A stretch of 64,000 nucleotides of DNA, taken from Phoronis australis. Taxonomy: Eukaryota; Animalia; Phoronida. This document shows, piece after piece, positions 35,901-49,012 of this stretch. The notes beneath the pieces were generated by a model that saw only the letters and a list, made by a program, of their open reading frames with translations, did no database searches and was not told where the DNA came from. Both the position numbers and the translations under genes were made by a program. Each line of letters opens with the position of its first letter. Position 1 is the first letter of the stretch. The DNA is taken from positions 62,001 through 126,000 of the forward strand of contig NMRA01000538.1 in NCBI GenBank assembly GCA_002633005.1, read 5' to 3'.

Positions 35901-38900
35901 TAACTTTAATTTTGAAGAGAGTCCATCAAAAGTGTCTACCTGTAAATTCTGATTAGTCTCGTCAATCGTCAGACTTATAAATGTTCACATGTCTATGTCT
36001 GCCATGCTTTATGTACTAACCTGGGGCTCAGTCATGCAAGTCATTTATGGATGAAACCTCAGGAGATAATGTGCTTTGCTTGAAGGTGCAATTAACCCAC
36101 ATTGTTTTGGTAAACAGATTTGATGGGCTTCTTACCATTATGAAACTTATCTCAACTTGTTACTTTTTTGAAATCTGGTAAAAATTCCTCATTGAATTCA
36201 TAAATTAAAACAGTTGTTTTGCTCAGATTGGAACTTGTTCCAAATTTCGGAAATGGAATTTCAGAAATGGGCAATATTGTCTGTGCCAAATTTTAGAGAC
36301 TTCCCAAACTGGTGAATTTTTACTTGGGCTTTAGATGAGCTGATGTGTTATCACACGAGACAGTGCTCAGTAAGTAAGAGGCCATCAGGCATACATTGTA
36401 TAGATAAAAGAAACTTGCAAAAGATCATGCAAGTCTTCAAGAGATATCGCCATGCATTTCAAGCAAAGCACGCGATCGCAATGGCTTTTCTCATGATTTT
36501 CTTGGGAGTACAGAACGCAGCCTAGTTTTATAACCTGGACAAATTACTGTTATAAAATTATTTTTTGACAAGTCAGGTTTATGACTAGTTCAGTAACCCA
36601 TACTGATAATATTCGACAGACTTGTGTGATTTCTCCAATGCTGCCCCTGACTGGTTGAATCCCAGGTTTCCATACAACCATACCAGCCTTCCTGTTAGTC
36701 TAAACATATGTAATAATGTGGCTTACAACAGTTGGCCTGCTGTGATGATGGCTCTATCTCTTTTCTGTGCTGATCCCTGTTATAAGGTATGTAGATTGTT
36801 AGTTGCCTGGGCACAGCTAACCTTGGGGTTCACAGGCACATCAGGGACAGGGAAGTTTGGACGAAAAGTTAACCTGGCACACATTGACACTAGTGTGTTT
36901 GTGCATGCTTACTGTTCTTTTTACCCAATAGGCTGAAGAACTTGCTACCAGGCAAGATGTAACGTCCCTGCCTGAGTTGATGCTGACTTTAATTAAGACA
37001 AGAATTTGATTTCCTTTTAATGACCCTGTCTGGACTCTTCCTAATCCTGGACTCCGTAATTCAGTCCCAGCAGGTTGTCTGATCACTGTGCATGTGTGTG
37101 GTTTTGGAAGTATTTTTGAAACTGTTGTGTTATTTCAATTATTTCATGCCTCAAAAAATGATTTGCTAAGTTTTGTCTTTTCCTTTTACCAAAGACTGAC
37201 TTTGTCCATGTATAAAAATTTTCCATGCATTGTTTAATGATATCTGTGCAGCGTATATAAGGACAATTAGGATCTAAATTGTTCCTTTTTTGAAAAAAAA
37301 TGCTTACAAAATAAAAGTTTAGGTTGATTTATGATAAAAGTTTAGGTTGATTTATATTCGAGAATTAACATATGTGTGACTAGACCGTTAAAATTTCCAA
37401 GAAATACTTTGTTTAAGTTAATAAAACATGACCACACAATGTATATAGGATGGTAAGTGTGGGTAAATTAAAGTGTTCTTGTGTAGTTGTAAATATATGC
37501 TTAGTCAATGTGTATACTTTCAGGTTTACAAGTATTATTACTTGGCGAAATAAATTTCGCCAAGTATATTGCTCTGACACTAAGTTTGTTTTTTTTTTTT
37601 TGTTTGTTCGCACGATACAGGTCACAATTTTCGTCCGATCATCACGAAATTTACACATAACACGTACTTCCGGAAGTACTGGAAGCCTATTGTTTTTCGT
37701 CAAAATCGGATCCAGGATGGCGGCTTTGGCGGCCATTTTGTTTCCATTTAAAGGTTCAAATGCTTCTGGAGGCTACAATTTTTTACGTAAAAGGCTAAGA
37801 ATCGGCACAGTAAATGGACNTACATACATTTTGTTCAGTGATGGTAAACTTGCCTTTCATCACTAAAACAACCTGAGGGCCCTCTTGGAAAGCAGTGCTA
37901 TCACTGAAGAGGCCACCCTCATTTTAAATATCACAATAATAAATAAACCTTTGATAAAGACTAGTCACCAATACAAAATTGGGGAGGAGGCAGTGTGGCC
38001 TAGTGTGATGGTGCCCGCCTTCTTTACGCGAGGTCGTGGGTTCGAGTCCCACTGGGCCACACTGCTAAATCCTTAGACAGGTTTCTAGCTCCTCAGCTCG
38101 GTTTTAACTATATATTAATAAAGCACAAAAATATTTCCAGGTGAGCATGGCCTGCGCACTTCAGGTACAACGTATATCAGACCACCTGCAATTATTTTTT
38201 TTATCAATATGAAATTGGTCTCAATTTGTTGGTAGTTAAATTGGAGGCGATTTCAAGGCTTCGGAAGAACTGACTTCATTATTTCTTGAAACATGGCAAG
38301 TTACATGGCTTTTCACTAGTCATCTCATGTGCTGAGTGTGGTCTCAAAGAATAACAAACTGTCCGTTCTTTGTACACCCAGAAATAACTTTAAGGAACAA
38401 GCTGAAGCCAATGTTACAATGATAAGGGATCAAAATCAAAACTGTCGCTTCTTGGGTTGAACGTGACTTTATACCATAGTCACTTTGTTTTCTCTAAAAG
38501 TTTCTGTTATATACGAACACAACACATAACAGAGGCACAATTTTTATCTCAGCACGAAAACAACTGAAAATAATCTCCTCTTGACAGTAACAAGTTCCAA
38601 GATAAAATATTAATGTTTTATCTTTGGGGCTCAGACTTCTCCCGTTTTTGAGGTCAATAGTGTCTTATAGTCTCTCAGTCTCTCGTAACTAATGTAACAA
38701 GTTCACTTTGTTGAAGTCAATGGTAAAAATGAGCTGTTCAGTTGGCTTAGACTTTCATTTTTTCTGCTTAGGGAAGCCACTCTTGTTGCTAACGTCTCTC
38801 AGAAATACTGACTCCCAATGTCTAACTCGATATGGAGAAAGGAAATTGACACATCCTAATTAAGTCTTTAAGTCAGAAGATTATTAACAAATTATGCTGG

Positions 38901-41900
38901 CTTAACTATCAGAATCATGGTACTTTATGTACCCTTTGAGTGTAGATGGACACCTTTAGATTGGAGGCAATTGAAGTCTTTAATTCCTTCCAATTCGAAC
39001 AAGTACTTCCTCAAGTAACGTTTTCTGTCGAGTAGTCCTTCACTCCGTCAATGAAATAGAAGACTAAATGCCATTACAGTCAATGTGCGCGAGGTCCATC
39101 GAAACGTACATAGAGTTATGAGTTGAGGAGGTCACCTGTCTGCCAGCCATGTAGCATCACAGCCGTAAGGGGGGGGGGGCTGTCTAGGTAATTGATTTCT
39201 TCTCTTACCTAGACCGGTAATTGATATCTTCAGATTACAGGTATTTCCAAATAGTGTGACAAGAGCATTCTATCTTGACTCAAAGTTTACCATGCCATCT
39301 TTGAATTTAACTTTAATTTTGAAGAGAGTCCATCAAAAGTGTCTGCCTGTAAATTCTGATTAGTTTCGTCAATCGTCAGACTTATAAATGTTCACATGTC
39401 TATGTCTGCCATGCTTTTTGTACTAACCTGGGGCTCAGTCATGCAAGTCATTTATGGATGAAACCTCAGGAGATAATGTGCTTTGCTTGAAGGTGCAATT
39501 AACCCACATTGTTTTGGTAAACAGATTTGATAGGCTTCTTACCTTTATGAAACTTATCTCAACTAGTTACTTTTTTGAAATCTGGTAAAAATTCCTCATT
39601 GAATTCATAAATTGAAACAGTTGTTTTGCTCAGATTGGAACTTGTTCCAAATTTCGGAAATGGAATTTCAGAAATGGGCAATATTGTCTGTGCCAAATTT
39701 TAGAGACTTCCCAAACTGCTGAATTTTTACTTGGGCTTTAGATGAGCTGAGGTGTTATCACATGAGACAGTGATCAGTAAGTAAGAGGCCATCAGGCATA
39801 CATTGCATAGATACAAGAAACTTGCAAAAGATCATGCAGTCTTCAAGAGACATCGCCATGCATTTCAAGCAAAGTACGCGATCGCAATGGCTTTTCTCAT
39901 GATTTTCTTGGGAGTACAGAACGCAGCCTAGTTTTATAACCTGGACAAATTACTGTTATAAAATTATTTTTTGACAAGTCAGGTTTATGACTAGTTCAGT
40001 AACCCATACTGATAATATTCGACAGACTTGTGTGATTTCTCCAATGCTGCCCCTGACTGGTTGAATCCCAGGTTTCCATATAACCATACCAGCCTTCCTG
40101 TTTGTCTAAACATATGTAATAGTGTGGCTTACAACAGTTGGCCTGCTGTGATGATGGCTCTATCTCTTCTGTGCTGATCCCTGTTATAAGGTGTGTAGAT
40201 TGTTAGTTGCCTGGGCACAGCTAACCTTGGGGTTCACAGGCACATCAGGGACAGGGAAGTTTGGACGAAAAGTTAACCTGGCACACATTGACACAAGTGT
40301 GTTTGTGCCTGAGTTGATGCTGACTCTAATTAAGACAAGAATTTGATTTCCTTTTAATGACCCTGTCTGGACTCTTCCTAATCCTGGACTCAGTAATTCA
40401 GTCCCAGCAGGTTGTCTGATCACTGTGCATGTGTGTGGTGTTAGAGGTATTTTTGAAACTGTTGTGTTATTTCAGTTATTTCATGCCTCAAAAAATGATT
40501 TGCTAAGTTTTGTCTTTTCCTTTTACCAAAGACTGACTTTGTCTATGTATAAAAATTTTCCATGCATTGTTTAATGATATCTGTGCAGCGTATATAAGGA
40601 CAATAAGGATCTAAATTGTTCCTTTTTTGAAAAAAAATGCTCACAAAATAAAAGTTTAGGTTGATTTATATTTGAGAATTAACAAATGTGTGACTAGACC
40701 GTTAAAATTTCCAAGACATACTTTGTTTAATTTAATACAACAGGACCACACAATGTATATAGGATGGTAAGTGTGGGTAAATTAAAGTGTTCTTGTGTAG
40801 TAGTAAATAAATGCTTAGTCAATGTGTATACTTTCGGGTTTACAAGTATTAATTGGATCGTTGTTTCTATGACTTTGATGAACAAAGGGATTGTGTCACA
40901 TCTTTTGTTATCGTAATCCTTCACTTATTTAGCACAGAATTTAGCCGACAATTGAAATACTATTTTGTCAAATTTCTCTACAAAAAATAAAGATTCAGAA
41001 ATTTTGATCTATTACTAGCTTGGTTTGTACTGTGTAGATGTCATAAAACAATTTTTGGTAAGTTTTCCATTATTAAAAGTAAACAGTCTGATAATTTGGT
41101 GTGAAATAATTGGAGAATTCCGTTAATAAGTCTGCTATTATTAACTGAGTTGGTATGGTTATGTACAACCATATGGACAAGCCTGTGAATTAAGAGCCAA
41201 ATTTCTTCATAACTATAAATAACTCAGTGTTAAAAACAATTTCTAACTGTGTTTTAGGGAACTGTGCACAAACCTATATCTGAAAGTCTTACATGAAGTA
41301 ATTTTTGATATATGGTGTTGCAAAGTTAGCCAAATTTGGACATTTTCTGGTGTCTTACATAACTTTAACAAAACAAACCTGTTTCAAAAAATATCCTGTA
41401 GCTCTTATTTATAGTCGGTTCTCTAATTTTGCCCTGTCTAGTCTTGTTGATATGTCTTTACACTCAAGCTGTTAATAGAGTTTTTACAAACAACAAAGTC
41501 TGTCCACAAAGAAGGCTTTTGCGGTTGTATTGTATTTCGTCCTAATTTAAGTTGAGTAGGGGTTGGCTGGGAATAGTGCATTTCACTAAGCATTCTCTGT
41601 GGGTAGTCACGTTTAGCCTAAACTAACACGACAGGCCAAGTGGGTTGGGAGGTGTGTGGGGGTCCACACACTGTAAACCTTTAGTGTAGACCATGAATAA
41701 TGGCCCGTTCACTGCTATTGCCATTTTTACAAGCGTGCAAAATGCCCGCTTGTAGTAAAATGTGGATGCATAGGAAACAGTATTTATTTATTTTCCATTT
41801 TTTCAATTCAATAACACGTGGACATTTTTTTAGATAATTAACTTTTAATTTACTATACTGGTGCAAAGGTGATCAGTTCAAAGCACAGTTTATGTTAAGA

Positions 41901-44900
41901 AACTTCATTGAACATATTTGTTCTTTTAGGGAGAGGGAGATAGTTCATGTTTTGTGCACTTGTGAACATATGGGATGGTCCCAACAGAGCCTTCTTGTGT
42001 CCACCTTTTTTCTATCTCTTCCCACAGCCATTTAACCCAATGTTTCTCTCATTTACCAGATGCTTTGACATGGTAACGGGTTTGTTTCTTCCAACTGGTT
42101 GTCCAAGTATCAAAATTGTTTAAGCTGGATGCAGAAAAGATTTTCTTTATTTTTAATTAGAGTTGTCTTGAATGGGATTTAAGGAACATTAATGATGTAC
42201 AACAAAAGTTTCAACAGCATCTTTGCAGTGATTGAATGTTTCATGATGTGTAGGATAATCACAAGCTGTGCTTGACTTGGTGTCACCCTGACTAAGAGTT
42301 ACTTTTGAACATGTTACACGTACACGTACACGAGGAGATGTTGCTAGGTTTAGTAGTGTTACTTATCAAGGTACGGTTATTTGTTCTGGAGTAATAGGCC
42401 CCAGCACAAGTTGCAGTGAGATCTCAAGCCTGAATTTGTTATACAGGTGCCTTCATTTTCTCTTAACCTGAACCTGTTTATGTTTTGCTTATTAAACTGT
42501 TTTCTACTGGCCTTCCACAACCTCAAGATGGAGAAATAGTTCAAACTTTTCAGGAGACATGCAGTCGGGCACAATTTGCAAAACCTCCGCATGTGCAGAG
42601 TGGCAAAGTTTCGGGTGCATATCGTTTATACTGAGCTGATCTGGAGGTGTGGGGCTGGCAATACAAGGTGATATTGAAATTTAAAAAAGAAAAAGTGTAT
42701 ACTCGCATCACTACCTAGGATTTGATACCCAGTTAGTTTCAAATGAGAATCCATTTCAACAATAATGATACCTCTCAGTCTAGAAAGAGGACTTGTACAT
42801 TTGAAGGTGACTCTTCAAACAAAAGATTTGTTTCAATTCCTATGCAAAAATTACTAAAATAATTCCCAAGCTGCCTCTATTGGCAACACATAGGGATATT
42901 ACCCCTATTGTGAGAGCACCCCATCCTTGTGCAGCAGATACCAAATAGGCCTTGTGGCACTTTCTGAGTTGCATCTGTAAATGCCGCTTGACACCGATCA
43001 ATTTGCTCGGTGACAGTTGCAGTGTCAATAGTTGATGAAATTGGACTTTTGCTTGATGAATGAGATATTTACTCTGTGACCACAGTTGCAGCTTCTGGCC
43101 AAGTCATCAGTCAAGGTCAGCGACAACTCAACTATGGCTGTCTGTTTGATGTCTTATTTTGAAGGCAAAGAATACTTCCTTATGACTTCCACTTCTTACT
43201 GGGTTAAAAACTTGAAATGATGACGAGACACCGTTTTCGTCCTACACTTCCAGGCTCTGGTGTCCAAAGGACCCAACATTAAAAGTTTTGCGATATATCT
43301 ATATTTTTTGATTCGTAGAAACAGTCCAGAAATCATTACATTGACACTGTTCAATGCACAAGAATGAGGCGAATCTGGGATACCCGTATTGAAAAATGGG
43401 GCAAGATAATCAAAAACACAAAGCAGATGATTTTCATCCGTTTGTTTTTCACAAGGTGCAGACCCATCAACTCAATATACGCCTTCTTTAGCTAGCGAAT
43501 GTTGCTGTGTGGAGCATTTTACTGGTGTGATGTTTCATACCTCAGTTTACAATTATAGTTAAAAATATTGACTGGTCTTCAAATATTTGTTGTTGTTTTG
43601 TTATATTTACTTATTTAGTCAAATTCTCCCACACCCCTTCTTTTCTTAGTTTTGTTTGTGACATTTGCAACGTTGTTATCTAATTCCATGACATTTTGGG
43701 AACTGGAAGAGATACACATTTCACTGATAATTGTGATACTAAAAGACCAAGTTTCCATTATCCATTGTTGTGGTTGCATCAACTTGTCTCACTTCTTGGC
43801 AGCCGATGACTCACTCAGCTTTGGTCATGCACTCTTTGAGCTGGTAGTCCATAAAACATAACTTCTTGTTGACATGTAGATTTGAGTTCGGCTCAATGAT
43901 TTTTTTTCAAATATTTAACTTGCTTTAAGCACACCTTGGTGACAGCTGACATTCGATAAGTAGTAAAACCAATTCAGTCTTCAGCAGACCTGGCTAAGAT
44001 GAGATAAGTGTATCATAGGATACTGGTGACAAACCTATTGGGTTGGGCAATGGAGAATGTGGGTGTTTAATTAGAACCACTTAACTCCTGCAATGTGGTA
44101 GTCTGTCTAGCCTTCCTAACATCATTCAGTGTTGTCCATTTTGGTTGCGCAAGCTTGTAATGTCTTCTGTTTTTTTCCTGACACTGGCCAGATCCTGTAT
44201 TGCTCTCTTGGCGTCTGCCTAAGTACAAGATATCATGCTGAGTAGTTCTCAGTTTATCACCTCTTACTATAATGCCCTGTCCCAAGAGTTGTGGGAGAGA
44301 CTATAGGGCAGTTCTTCTTCAATGTGAAGTATCAATTGATCTAAAAGTGCTTTCAGAAACTACCATGGATGTGTGGGTGTTTGGATAACAGCTTGCTGTA
44401 AAATTGTATTTTAAAGGGACATGATCAGCTAGAAAAATAATTTTCCAATATCAGTGTGCATGCCAATTCATACCTCCAACCCAGGCGCTGTAGCCTAACA
44501 CTCCGCACATACACCTGAACCTCACTTGATTAATGACGGAGTATTTTAAGGGTATTTAAATGTTGAAGTCACCAGCCTCGATTTCATTGAATGTTTGGCA
44601 GACAATGGTGAGAATATTGGTGTGAAAAAGTTATGAAAATACACCAGATTTTGTTGTTTTATAGCTCTGGTTAAAACTGATAGCTACAATAATCCAAAAA
44701 TGTTTTTCGGTCGTAAAACCGATATTGTCATTTATAAACTAATGTTCGATCAGAAAAAAAAATAGATTTGTGGTGTTCGAAATGCAAATTTTGACTTGGC
44801 CCTTTTGATCTGCAGTTCATCATCTTCCACCATTGAGATCCACAGTACGAATTTTTGAAACACTCAGTCTGGCATACTGTGCCGAGTGGGTAGGAGTGAC

Positions 44901-47900
44901 TCTGAGGGCTCGTTTCTGTGGAACTTTGTTTTTATAATTTGTTGTCAGGAAAGTTGAAAATGTTGCAAATTACAATTTGATTTGGTTTAAATGTGTACTA
45001 GCAAATTAAGTGTGGTCAGATTAAGACCAGGATTGGGTTTTGGTGGTTTTACATTGCTACACTCTTAGTTGAGCTGTGCAACCTATCAGACAAAATGTGA
45101 ATAAATATATAGTTAAGTTAGATAAATAGAAATTCTACTCTGAGCTAAATGACCCATCAGCTAAACTTTCCTTCCCTTGGTTTACACTGGCCCCATGAGG
45201 CTGCGCTTGTTTTGACATTCCGCCTCATAAGCTCTGTTAATTACTTGGGCAAACCTTTGTTTTGACTCATCAGTCCAACATGTTAGTAATCCAACTATAT
45301 ACCGTCAACACCTGTCAATTCGTGTGTGTCGCTAGCTAAATGGCTGCATGCGTACCTCAGGAGGCATGCCAACATTTTTATCCGATTATTTCACCTGAGA
45401 AAGTATGGAGTGAAATGCCGCAAAGGTTAATGGACTATGGGAATGTATTACCTTGAAACATTAGAGAGGGGTGTGGTGAAGCAGTTCTTTTGGATACCCG
45501 TGTGCCACTAATTTGCATGTTTTTGCATTTTTGTTTTTAATGTAGCAAACCAGATGTCTTTTTTGACAATTTTAATACTGAAATAATATTTAAAAATCTG
45601 ATATTGACACGAGTCGTGTTGTGAGCGAAGTTCATGTTAGTTGAAATTGGTAACTATTTGAGTATGATGTTGTGGAGTGACCTTTTCCAAATAATGTCTG
45701 AGGGAAATGAGATGAATACTGTGTTTACACTGTGCAGGTTACCTTTATCATGCTTTATCTAGTGGACATTATCATGTGGACTATGCTAAAGTAGTTTAAG
45801 TACAGAAAATGACTTTCTACCCAGCTTATAACTTGTACCTGTAAATGACAATTGGACATTTCAAGATTTTAAGCTGGCAGAGGTAAAACCTCTGGCCTAG
45901 AAACAACATGACTGAGATTCTTGTCTGAAGTTGTTGCTGTGAAATCTCACTACTTTAGGGCGCAATGTGGACTGACACTTGAAATTTTATTTTATTTTTT
46001 CTCTCTGAAACATATGTAGCACAAAATTACGTTTTAATTTTGTGAGAAGCCCTTGGAGAATGAAAGTGGTGAGATTCACGGTTGCGTGTAATGGACTATC
46101 CTCTGGCAAGGCTATGAAGGCTTATGCATAATAACTTGGGTAATCTGAGATTATTTTAATGTGAAGGTTATGTATAATAACTGCAGTTAGAATTTTTGTG
46201 TGTGAATTGTTTGAATATCCCACTACATAACATTGGCAGTTGATTTGATGGCAGCATAGAATTTATAGGAAATACTCTAAAATATCCCACTGTACTTCTA
46301 AATCCATACAAGAATGCAGAATGCTGTCTACCAACTACCCTGTTGCAATCTAACAGCATGCCATATTTTATTGTGTGGAAAACCATCCCACATTTCCTCT
46401 CTTGTGATCTACTCAAGTGTTCACACTAAGTGCTCTTTTGTCATGCATGTTGCAGGATTTGGTACGTTGAACCAATCATGCTCCAACTGGTGTGGTTCAT
46501 GAGAAAGGAACTGCAATCACAAGAAATGTATTGTGGTGCACGAGAAAGACAATCTAACATTTAAGAAAGGAATTGTGTTGTGAGAATGCCATACAATTCG
46601 TGTAATAGGAATACATGCTGTCTAGAGGAAGTTCCGCGATAAAGTAGTTGATTTGAAAGAAAGCTGGTTTGCTAGCACTGGTCACTTATGTACTTTTGCA
46701 TACATAGTTGAATGCCTCAGGGTCTTGTCATGGTTGGCTTAAAGGAGAATGTCAGTTATTACAGGCAACAATGATTGATGGGGACAAGCTGTCCTGTCGT
46801 TTAGAGATTATGAATTTGATACGTTATTAAAATGTGATTTTCTATATTGGCTAAATGGAATTGAAAAACTAATAACTGTCTTGTTAATTAAACAGTGTTG
46901 CCATGGTACATGTACACATTGTGGTGAACATTGCCATTGTTGCAAAGTGGCTGCCTGAAAACTTCAGGGATGGGGGTTTCTCCCTTAGGACAGGAATGTT
47001 AAGAAATCTTATCCCTTTGCATCATTAAATTTTGGCTCAGAATGGAGAAGAAATGCTTTCTGGTTTCCGTGAAGCTGGACTAGTTAGTTCTTGAGATTCC
47101 ATTTTGCCATTGTGTGAATTTGGGAGACGCATTTTATTAAATAATCTCTTTAAGCCTAAAGGATACCAGCTAAACGCTTGTAAAAATGAAAACTCAGAAT
47201 CTACAAATTACAGAATTCTAAGTGAAGTTCTGACTGAGAATGGAATGTCAGTTGACAGTGCTCTTTCAGAATTAGTTGGTAATTTTCCAAAATAATTTTC
47301 CCAAGGCCACATGAGACTACTCAATGTTCACAGAATAATGTATCAAAAGTAACAGGTAAATTGAAACTCATTAAGTAACGCAATCCAGTGTGAGTCACTC
47401 CTGTCATTGCGTTTGACCTTTTCTAGTTCATCTTGGGAAATAGTCATGTTACACCTGATGTGAGGGGCAAGTCTTTTAACCTTTGAGGAAGTTGTGTTTT
47501 GGAACGGTCATTAAGCAAAACAGTAATGCTGGCAACAGCGCAACAGATTAATACTATCTATAAAATACCAAATTTTAATTGAAAAGTTTACCTGGGGGCA
47601 TTATTGTGTTTCACTTGTTTTGTTGATTGAGTAGGAGAAAGCTATTTAGTTGTAACCTACATCACCCCAAGCACTCAAAATGCACTTATGATCCTTCAAA
47701 TCGGGTGATTTGCATTGGAATGTGGATGGTTGTATTCTTTCCATACTTATTTGTTAGCAGTCCTGGGTCTGATTATGTGAAAGGTGTATAGTATAAGCCA
47801 AAAGTATTCAGACAAAATTACCGAAATTCACTGTCATGACAGCTGGGAGTATTCCGAATTCATCATCGTCATAGTCTTCCTTCGTGACTGAGAATGAACG

Positions 47901-49012
47901 GAAGTAACAGGAAAGTTAGTATGGAAACTAAGTCATTAAATAATTTTACTGTTCTACGATTTGTTTCCATTATTTTGTGTCGTTTACAGAATTAGCTGAC
48001 ATGACGGGGAAAATGGTGTTTTGTATTATACTGTGTTTTTAATACAGTCAAACCCCAGCACAAGAAACTCTTGGACTTTCCTAAAACTTTTGTTATAACT
48101 GAATTTTGCTATAACCAATTGATGCAACTTCTATACAGCTCAATTGTCAGAGGACTTATGGAATGGGATGTTACAAGCAACTAAGCGAACATTGGAAATG
48201 AGCCATATTCTAACAGGTTTAACTATACATTTCTTTTAGTTTTTTAAATTTTTGAGATTGTGACTACGTAGTTGTCATGACCTAACATTATTATCTTCTT
48301 TCCAGAAGAGAACTGGTTCGAGCAGAATGGTTATGGCAGCCTGCCCATGAAGAAGAAGAACCGCATCAGCCAGCTGATAGCCGGCGAGCCCAGGAACAAG
48401 CCCCACCTCAAAATAAGCCTTCCCGAAGACTTCCGCCGTGTCTCTGCCATAATCGACGTTGACATCGTACCAGAGGCACATCGTCGAGTCAAACTCATGA
48501 AGAATGGCTCGGACAAGCCTCTGGGCTTCTACATCAGGGACGGGACGAGTGTGCGCGTGACGCCGCATGGACTTGAGAAGGTGCCGGGTATATTCATCTC
48601 GCGGCTCGTGCCTGGTGGGCTCGCAGAGAGCACCGGTCTGTTGGCAGTCAATGATGAAGTGCTTGAGGTTAATGGCATTGAGGTGGAAGGAAAAACTCTA
48701 GATCAGGTTACAGACATGATGGTGGCTAACAGTTCAAACTTGATTATTACTGTTAAGCCAGTCAACCAGCGCAATACGCTGGCGCCGCAACGCGGTGACA
48801 TCGGGCGCAACTCGCAGATGTCACAGGTGTCGAGCATAGGCTCGACGCACTCAGTTGATAGTGATGAGGTCAAAGAGGTCATACAGGAAGACGAGGAAGA
48901 GGACGATGTTCAGGATCTCTCGCGGAATACGGTCAATGAGGATGATGACATCATTGAGAAACTGTCGATCACGGAGGAGAAAGATAAGGCCAAAGCCATG
49001 GTTACGTTATGA
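20937..49012 (+). CDS. PARD6: Partitioning defective 6 (Par-6) polarity protein: PB1, semi-CRIB and PDZ domains; 3 exons (20937-21017, 28699-28924, 48306-49012), 337 aa
   Basis: Exon 1 ...VVEVKSK|gtaagt; exon 2 FDAEFRRF...[18 protein letters not shown]...LRLQVQRK-type PB1; exon 3 [21 protein letters not shown] (semi-CRIB), [54 protein letters not shown] (PDZ), C-terminal MVTL*. Phases are consistent (1014 nt). The start could be any of the Met codons at 20937, 20943 or 20955. Confidence 0.97.
28699..28924 (+). CDS. PARD6: par-6 exon 2 (PB1 domain)
   Basis: actttcag|TTTGACGCCGAATTCCGTCGT ... AGAAAAG|gtatgt. Confidence 0.96.
30833..31130. mobile_element. MITE-like element with imperfect terminal inverted repeats
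   Basis: aggtcacag...agccagaactc at the left end pairs with gagttctggct...ctgtgacct at the right end. Confidence 0.5.
33561..33690 (+). mobile_element. tRNA-derived SINE-like head (second copy ~37984-38110)
   Basis: A-box-like TGGCCTAGTGTG and B-box-like G(A/G)GTTCGAGTCCC; flanks GCAGTGTGGCC (33567-33577) and GGCCACACTGC (33632-33642) are perfectly complementary; no canonical cloverleaf or anticodon arm was confirmed. Confidence 0.6.
34528..35537. mobile_element. Tc1/mariner-superfamily (Tc2/pogo-like, CCGTA termini) element with TA TSD; interior partly in a gap
   Basis: Perfect 24-bp TIR CCGTAATCGTTCGGGTTAACGCCC / GGGCGTTAACCCGAACGATTACGG, TA at 34526-27 and 35538-39, subterminal TTAA(C/G)CGCCC arrays. 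Empty site gagtgTAgatgg in the duplicate copy (~38938-38949). Confidence 0.92.
35041..35422. other. Assembly gap (Ns)
   Basis: Run of n. Confidence 0.99.
37537..37819 (+). mobile_element. 5' part of a Helentron-associated (HINE/DINE-1-like) non-autonomous element, truncated at the contig break
   Basis: Terminal hairpin TACTTGGCGAAA-taaa-TTTCGCCAAGTA, then a T-rich/GTTT microsatellite, gatcatcacgaaatttacac and ATGGCGGC/GGCGGCCATTTTG motifs; absent from copy B at the homologous position (~40850). Family assignment is inferred from architecture. Confidence 0.55.
48045..48225. mobile_element. Degenerate pogo/Tigger-like MITE
   Basis: TA-CAGTCAAACC ... GGTTTAACTA-TA. Confidence 0.45.
48306..49012 (+). 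CDS. PARD6: par-6 exon 3 (semi-CRIB, PDZ, acidic tail)
   Basis: cttctttccag|AAGAGAAC..., in frame with ORF 48347..49012. Confidence 0.97.

Larger units (their letters stand above)
33474..40850. repeat. ~3-kb near-identical direct duplication (copy A 33474-37536, copy B 37821-40850), probably uncollapsed alleles
   Basis: Both copies begin tacatacatt(g/t)tgttcagtgatggtaa and end ...ggtttacaagtatta. They differ only by scattered SNPs and indels, and copy B starts right after the lone N at 37820. Confidence 0.9.

Noticed and set aside
21018-48305. Numerous 60-110 aa ORFs within par-6 introns, and antisense ORFs over real exons
   Set aside because: No domain motifs, no consistent splice chains, and lengths expected by chance; no nested gene, transposase or reverse transcriptase was recognised.
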